In this document: positions 58,085 through 62,651 of the stretch, piece after piece | How the letters are laid out: the number at the start of each line of letters is the position of its first letter | Numbering within the stretch: the stretch's first letter is position 1 | From: a virus | Taxonomy: Duplodnaviria; Caudoviricetes | Reading direction: 5' to 3' (one strand) | Virus record (IMG/VR): IMGVR_UViG_3300031999_000017 | Location: 1 to 62,651 of that record | Length of the DNA: 62,651 nt | Notes under the pieces: model-generated | What the model was told of the DNA's origin: nothing | Database searches by the model: none | Seen by the model: only the letters and a program-made list of their open reading frames with translations | Made by a program: the position numbers and the translations under genes

Positions 58085-58417
58085 TTAAAGGTTATTAAAT
58101 TCTTTTACCAATTTATTAAATGATACTTTTTTAAAGTCGTGGCAAACAACATTCATCCACTCAATAGCATCAAAAATAACTTCTTCATCTATTACCTGCT
58201 TATCTTCCCAGTCATGAAGCTCTTGTTTGCCTTCAGCAAGTTTATCCCACATGGCGCTATCAAAAGTAAATTTATCAACTTCGTTTTGATAGTATGTAGT
58301 AAGTAAATGGAAGCCGTTATGGTGAACGGTAACAATACTACCATTACTTGCAATAATAGTGGTATCATCGCCATCAGTTAGCACCGCATACTTTATAATT
58401 TTATTTTTTGATTCCAT
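58085..58417 (-). CDS. Hypothetical protein
   Basis: In the leftward operon. Confidence 0.65.
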   Translation of the reverse strand: MESKNKIIKYAVLTDGDDTTIIASNGSIVTVHHNGFHLLTTYYQNEVDKFTFDSAMWDKLAEGKQELHDWEDKQVIDEEVIFDAIEWMNVVCHDFKKVSFNKLVKEFNNL

Positions 58418-58434
58418 GATAAAAGTTTTAAAGG

Positions 58435-58653
58435 TTAATAAATAATAGTTTCCCCCAGTGGTTTTTCCTTATAGCTATATTCGTATTGATATGGCTCTAA
58501 GAAAGCATAGCCCAACAGCTCCGCAATATCGGCAACTTTGTACTTATGTTTCTTGTCATGGGATATACCCAAGCAGCCGCTTTTCAGTTCAAAAATAGTG
58601 TGGCTGATACCAAAGTTTCGCAGCGTTTCCGCTAATTTTAGTTTGTTTCGCAT
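58435..58653 (-). CDS. Hypothetical protein
   Basis: In the leftward operon. Confidence 0.6.
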   Translation of the reverse strand: MRNKLKLAETLRNFGISHTIFELKSGCLGISHDKKHKYKVADIAELLGYAFLEPYQYEYSYKEKPLGETIIY

Positions 58654-58677
58654 GGCTCAAATTTTTGGTTAGGAAAT

Positions 58678-58923
58678 TTATTTCAATTCAAATATTTCGT
58701 TGATAAATTCAGAGCGCCAGTATCCGCCGCGCAAAAAATGATTCCGCAGCCATACCTTAGCTTCCGCGGGCTCAATATATATATCAGAATATTGTGCCAC
58801 TTTCGGATTGATTACAGCCAATATACATTCTTCCATAATCTTTTTATCAGTGTACAGTTTACTAATATCATCCAGTGAAAGTTTTACCGACTTGTTGCCG
58901 GAATTAATTTTGATAGTGTCCAT
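58678..58923 (-). CDS. Hypothetical protein
   Basis: In the leftward operon. Confidence 0.6.
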   Translation of the reverse strand: MDTIKINSGNKSVKLSLDDISKLYTDKKIMEECILAVINPKVAQYSDIYIEPAEAKVWLRNHFLRGGYWRSEFINEIFELK

Positions 58924-58981
58924 AACTTTACAATTTAAAGGGTAAAAAAAATATGACTACAGCAGCGCCTCCAATAGTTAA

Positions 58982-59158
58982 TTATTCTTTTTTGTTGCGC
59001 TCAAATTTTTCTGATAGATATTGAATAAGATATTTAGCGTATGCGGTTAATAGCTCGTTATCTTCAAAAGTGAAAATATCTTTGCCAGTATCACATGCAA
59101 TTTTATACAGTTGTTTCAGCTCTTTATATTTTTTTTCAGTGAAATTTATTTCGCTCAT
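58982..59158 (-). CDS. Hypothetical protein (58 aa, MSEINFTEKK...)
   Basis: Translated by hand; FTFE..ELL..YAKYLIQYL. Confidence 0.65.
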   Translation of the reverse strand: MSEINFTEKKYKELKQLYKIACDTGKDIFTFEDNELLTAYAKYLIQYLSEKFERNKKE

Positions 59159-59249
59159 GGTATTAAAGTTTATAGGTTAAAAAATAAGCTCCGCATGATC
59201 ATTGCAACAGCCAGTAAAACAGCAGCGCAATAGCCCGAATAAATACGCG

Positions 59250-59366
59250 TTAATAGAATATAACTGCATAGCTATACAGCATTAAAAATAAAACCAACAG
59301 CATGAAAATAGCCCCAATAACGCGCGAAATATTGTTATCAATAATCAATTTTTTTATATTATTCAT
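59250..59366 (-). CDS. Micro membrane protein (38 aa)
   Basis: VIGAIFMLLVLFLMLYSYAVIFY. Confidence 0.45.
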   Translation of the reverse strand: MNNIKKLIIDNNISRVIGAIFMLLVLFLMLYSYAVIFY

Positions 59367-59446
59367 AGAAGTTTTTTTAATAGTCAAAAATTTGTTTTTT
59401 ATATGGCGCTCCACAGCGCGCCGTATATTTAAAAAGTTTAGGCAAA

Positions 59447-59482
59447 AGAAATGAGCTAACTAATTAAGTTAGCCCAATTTCT
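59447..59482 (-). terminator. Hairpin downstream of the GATase gene
   Basis: GCTAACT-AATTA-AGTTAGC core followed by a T-rich tract on the minus strand; second hairpin at 59401-59427. Confidence 0.5.
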
Positions 59483-59498
59483 ACCATTTAACAGCCAG

Positions 59499-60290
59499 CT
59501 AGAATACTACTTCATCAGAGCGAAATTCATCAATACACTTATCACAAACATTCATACTCCAACTATTTACATAGCTCACACTTTCAGCAGATTCGCGGCA
59601 ACATTCGCAAATTTTACAGCCGCGCGCCTCTTCTTCAATATCAATGCTTAATTTATCCGCTTTGCTGTTTACATAGCCCTTACTTTTTGCATCGTAATCC
59701 CATCCGTCCCAGTAATCCCACCCATAACGAGCAACAGCGGGCAATTTTGCCTCCTTTGGCGCTATATAGCTTTTATTGCTATACCAGTTACCCGAATCCC
59801 ATACTCCTAACTCCTCGTTTACTATGCTTGAAATTTCGCCGGATATTATTACCAATTTGCTATATCCAATATAAGTACTTAGTAGCTCCAATACAGCCAT
59901 GTTTTTGACAAAATTATTAGGCAACGCCTTCATGATAGTTTCATTAAAAATATACGTATCTGAAAAGTCGGGGCTTACTCCTACATTATTTATCACGCCG
60001 TTATGTATGAATCCGGTAGTTTTATTAACTTTAAAGGGATGGCAGTTAGTAACATTCACGCGCCCATGTGTTGAGATACGAAAATGTATTGCTATATCAA
60101 TTTCCGGAAATTTCTCCCTAACTGATAAATAAATTTTATGAAAGTTTTTTACCGATTTCATTTCTTTATCTATCTGTATTTTTTCGCCGTCAAAATAACA
60201 TAAGCCCGCGCCATCGGGATTCGCAGCCCAACAAGTTTTGAAAGTTTTAAGGGATAGCGTCCCCTTCGCATTTAATATTGCTATACACAT
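59499..60290 (-). CDS. Class II (Ntn) glutamine amidotransferase
   Basis: N-terminal M-C, NPDGAG, HFRISTHG, NCHPF, HNG, SDT. Confidence 0.9.
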   Translation of the reverse strand: MCIAILNAKGTLSLKTFKTCWAANPDGAGLCYFDGEKIQIDKEMKSVKNFHKIYLSVREKFPEIDIAIHFRISTHGRVNVTNCHPFKVNKTTGFIHNGVINNVGVSPDFSDTYIFNETIMKALPNNFVKNMAVLELLSTYIGYSKLVIISGEISSIVNEELGVWDSGNWYSNKSYIAPKEAKLPAVARYGWDYWDGWDYDAKSKGYVNSKADKLSIDIEEEARGCKICECCRESAESVSYVNSWSMNVCDKCIDEFRSDEVVF

Positions 60291-60351
60291 AAATTTATAA
60301 TTTATAAGGTTAAAAAATAATAGGGTTACGGATTAAAATAGCCATGAAAGT

Positions 60352-61683
60352 CTAAATATTATCGTAAATAATGCCATCACCGTTACCCAGTAAAATATCG
60401 GGATTAATTTCAGCAGGGCTATCAACGAATGTTTTTTGTATGCGCTCGGCTATCTTCGCTATGCTTTTTTCAGTCAGCCTGCCTGCGCCGAAATTTCTAT
60501 CTATTGCAACAGCGTTATCTATAAGGCGCTCAAACTTGTCGCGCTTGCTATATACGCGCCTCAATAGCTTATTTAAAGGGTGTTTAACATTGACAGACAT
60601 CAATAATACTTTGCCGAAATTTGCGCCTAAATTAGCCGCCATAATACGAAATAAATCAAGGCGGAACAGAATGGTGTCAAATGTGCGAACAGCGCCGAAG
60701 ATGCGAAATTCAATATAATTACCGCGCAGACGGATTGACTGGTATTTGCTGCCGTCAGCCTTCAGCGCGTCAATTTTTTTCGGTGTGCAATAATCGTTAT
60801 CAAGGCGCTTTTTGTGCATTGCATAAATAAGCGGAAGGAATCCCCTGCATAAGTCCAGCAGCTCGTCATCGTTTTTGCCTTCTAAACTGAAACCAATATG
60901 CCCCCCTGCATTGCGTACATTTTTCACGTTGCAAAAGTCGCGGAGCTCATTCAGTCGCTCAATAGTTTTCGTGCTGTTAAGGTTATAAATTGGCGTTTTT
61001 AGCTCAAAACCATCCGAAACGCTGCTATCTTCCTCAATTACCGCGCCCGTTCTGTCATATAGCTCTTCTTTATCAAAATCAAAGTCGGGCATTTCGTTCT
61101 TTTCTATTTCAATCCCCCAGCCAAATAGCGCGCCCCCTTCGTTATCGTCATATAAAAAACACTTTTCGCGCGGGCCTGCTCCATATCCGTAAAGGCTATT
61201 TATATTCTCCTCCTCTAAATGATATTCGCCATCAGACTCCCAGTAAAAGCAATCACCGCTCTCATAGTATTCGCCTTCATCCTGTACATAGTGGCAGTAA
61301 TCTTCGTGGCAGTAGTCTCCGTTATGTAGCACCATAATACTATTATCCGAAAGGTATTGAGTAACAAACCAATCGCCGCGATATTCAATGCAGTTGTTTT
61401 CATGGGTAAAAACTTGGTTGCCGCGCCTGCCGTATGCGTGTACAGCGTTTTCAGATTCAATATAGCAGTCATCTAGATCGTCAAAACTAAATTCATTGCT
61501 GTCAATGTTATGATGATAAACACAGCCGCAGGCGGTTTCTATTGTGTCCTGAGATAGCGCAATATATCCGCTATCCAGTCTTATAAAGTTTTCGCAGTTT
61601 TGTTGCGCGCGCTGTTTCCAGTCTTTAGGTAAATATCCGTATTTTAAGGCGGAACGGAAATCGCTCAATTTAATTTTTTGCAT
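60352..61683 (-). CDS. Putative amidoligase (COOH-NH2 ligase) with acidic aromatic N-terminal repeats
   Basis: GIEIE, EDSS..GFELKT, AGGHI, KYQSI, IEFRIF; adjacent to the GATase. Confidence 0.8.
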   Translation of the reverse strand: MQKIKLSDFRSALKYGYLPKDWKQRAQQNCENFIRLDSGYIALSQDTIETACGCVYHHNIDSNEFSFDDLDDCYIESENAVHAYGRRGNQVFTHENNCIEYRGDWFVTQYLSDNSIMVLHNGDYCHEDYCHYVQDEGEYYESGDCFYWESDGEYHLEEENINSLYGYGAGPREKCFLYDDNEGGALFGWGIEIEKNEMPDFDFDKEELYDRTGAVIEEDSSVSDGFELKTPIYNLNSTKTIERLNELRDFCNVKNVRNAGGHIGFSLEGKNDDELLDLCRGFLPLIYAMHKKRLDNDYCTPKKIDALKADGSKYQSIRLRGNYIEFRIFGAVRTFDTILFRLDLFRIMAANLGANFGKVLLMSVNVKHPLNKLLRRVYSKRDKFERLIDNAVAIDRNFGAGRLTEKSIAKIAERIQKTFVDSPAEINPDILLGNGDGIIYDNI

Positions 61684-61740
61684 GGCTGTAAATTTAAAGA
61701 TTATGTAATAATGTTACGCGAACGTGATAAATAAAATAGT

Positions 61741-61818
61741 TTACATCATTGCAGCAATAAACACGACAAAAACAGCAATGAGGAAATAAAAATAGTAGTT
61801 TATTATTTTCTGATTCAT
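61741..61818 (-). CDS. Micro membrane peptide (25 aa)
   Basis: MNQKIINYYFYFLIAVFVVFIAAMM; leader resembles its neighbours. Confidence 0.45.
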   Translation of the reverse strand: MNQKIINYYFYFLIAVFVVFIAAMM

Positions 61819-61829
61819 GGCAGATAAGT

Positions 61830-61991
61830 TTAAAGGGTGAATAATTTTGTGTAATTAGTTAGCTTATCTAAATATCTGCATCCTTTACGAAATGCAGCAG
61901 GATTGAAACGCGGCAAAAAAAACAGCGCGCCCAGTATAAAAGACAAACAAATAAATAAAAGCAATAAAGGGAATTTAATAGCGTAAATCAT
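61830..61991 (-). CDS. Small membrane protein (53 aa)
   Basis: FPLLLLFICLSFILGALFFL TM; leader AAATTTTACTGCC-ATG. Confidence 0.5.
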   Translation of the reverse strand: MIYAIKFPLLLLFICLSFILGALFFLPRFNPAAFRKGCRYLDKLTNYTKLFTL

Positions 61992-62042
61992 GGCAGTAAA
62001 ATTTGAAAGTTATAAAATAGGATTGAATGTAAGCCAGTGTAA

Positions 62043-62210
62043 TTAATGCCCTTTAAAATTAGAATGAAGCACAACATAAGGCGCGCCGTCCTTTACTTTG
62101 CCAAAATCAGCAATTTGCTGCAATAGCTTTGCCAGTGTGCGCGCTGTTTTGTTTTTCACTGTTGTTTGCTTAGTTGTTGCCGCTGTGGCTGTTGTTGTTG
62201 TTGTTTGCAT
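62043..62210 (-). CDS. First gene of the right-arm operon, Thr-rich N-terminus
   Basis: ATG at 62210 with leader AAATTTTACAGCC. Confidence 0.55.
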   Translation of the reverse strand: MQTTTTTATAATTKQTTVKNKTARTLAKLLQQIADFGKVKDGAPYVVLHSNFKGH

Positions 62211-62243
62211 GGCTGTAAAATTTAGATGATTAAATAATGAACA

Positions 62244-62276
62244 CGAAGGTAAGGTAATTAAATTACGCAATCCAAA
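62244..62276 (-). promoter_or_regulatory. Early promoter for the right arm
   Basis: TTTG-N21-TACCTTCG, with TGCGTAA in the spacer. Confidence 0.6.
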
Positions 62277-62324
62277 TAAATGCCAATCTATTAAGAATAC
62301 ATTAACTTATAACATTATATCCTC

Positions 62325-62338
62325 ATATCCCCCTCCCT
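62325..62338 (-). repeat. 14-bp inverted repeat, copy 2
   Basis: Reverse complement of 1-14. Confidence 0.75.
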
Positions 62339-62375
62339 CCTATAACCTCCCTAAACAGCCCCCCAAATAACCACG

Positions 62376-62624
62376 GCCGGCACAATGGCAACCAGTAACA
62401 AACAGCCCTGCAATGATCTAGCCAAATAGCCCACATAACAGCCCTGCAATAAACAGGCAGTAGTACCGCCGGCACGATGGCAACCCGAACAAAGTTGAAG
62501 CAGGTAACAGCGCCGCCGCGCCTGCATGATGGCAACAAGTCGCCGCGCCTGCATATAGTTAGCCCGTACCCATACACCCAACAAACCAAACAGCAACAGC
62601 AGAACAACAGCGCCGCGCCTGCAT
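62376..62624 (+). repeat. GC-rich mosaic of short direct repeats
   Basis: CGCCGCGCCTGCAT x3 (62514, 62541, 62611); GCCGGCACRATGGCAACC x2 (62376, 62468); AACAGCCCTGCAAT x2 (62401, 62437). Confidence 0.85.
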
Positions 62625-62651
62625 AGCCACAACACAGTTGAAGCCACCCAG

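Noticed and set aside
62376-62624. CRISPR array or mini-array
   Set aside because: Repeats are 14-18 bp, of three types and irregularly spaced; no cas genes
62323-62647. Track ORFs 62323..62607 and 62351..62647
   Set aside because: They are translations of GC-rich repeats upstream of the early promoter, with atypical composition
1-62651. tRNA, rRNA, integrase or transposase
   Set aside because: No cloverleaf sequence or recombinase/transposase motif recognised by eye; intergenic gaps are mostly short

Overview
The window looks like a complete or near-complete ~62.6 kb AT-rich tailed-phage genome. The host is probably in Bacteroidota: promoters match TAnnTTTG/TTTG, leaders are A-rich without Shine-Dalgarno sites, and signal peptides end in Gln. 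The layout has five parts. (i) 0.2-3.4 kb: small rightward accessory genes. (ii) 3.4-7.7 kb: a leftward replication module with an XRE HTH, initiator-like protein, Prim-Pol/SF4 primase-helicase and NinG; I see no DNA polymerase or integrase. (iii) 9.2-52.4 kb: a crAss-like short-tailed virion module with terminase, portal, scaffold, MCP, ring proteins, muzzle, ejection proteins, a 5026-aa polyvalent cargo protein and fibres. (iv) 52.5-54.0 kb: a lysis cassette with holins, a u-spanin-like lipoprotein and a CHAP endolysin. (v) 54.0-62.3 kb: a leftward early arm ending in an amidoligase plus class II glutamine amidotransferase pair and a GC-rich repeat terminus. Highlights: the giant cargo carries ParB/Srx, GNAT, kinase and variant zincin domains instead of a virion RNA polymerase; a tail-fibre-like protein has a Sec signal peptide; three genes look GroES-fold; a TTACGCA operator may regulate the early promoters; and a 14-bp inverted repeat links the two ends. 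All calls come from reading motifs by eye; no database searches were run.
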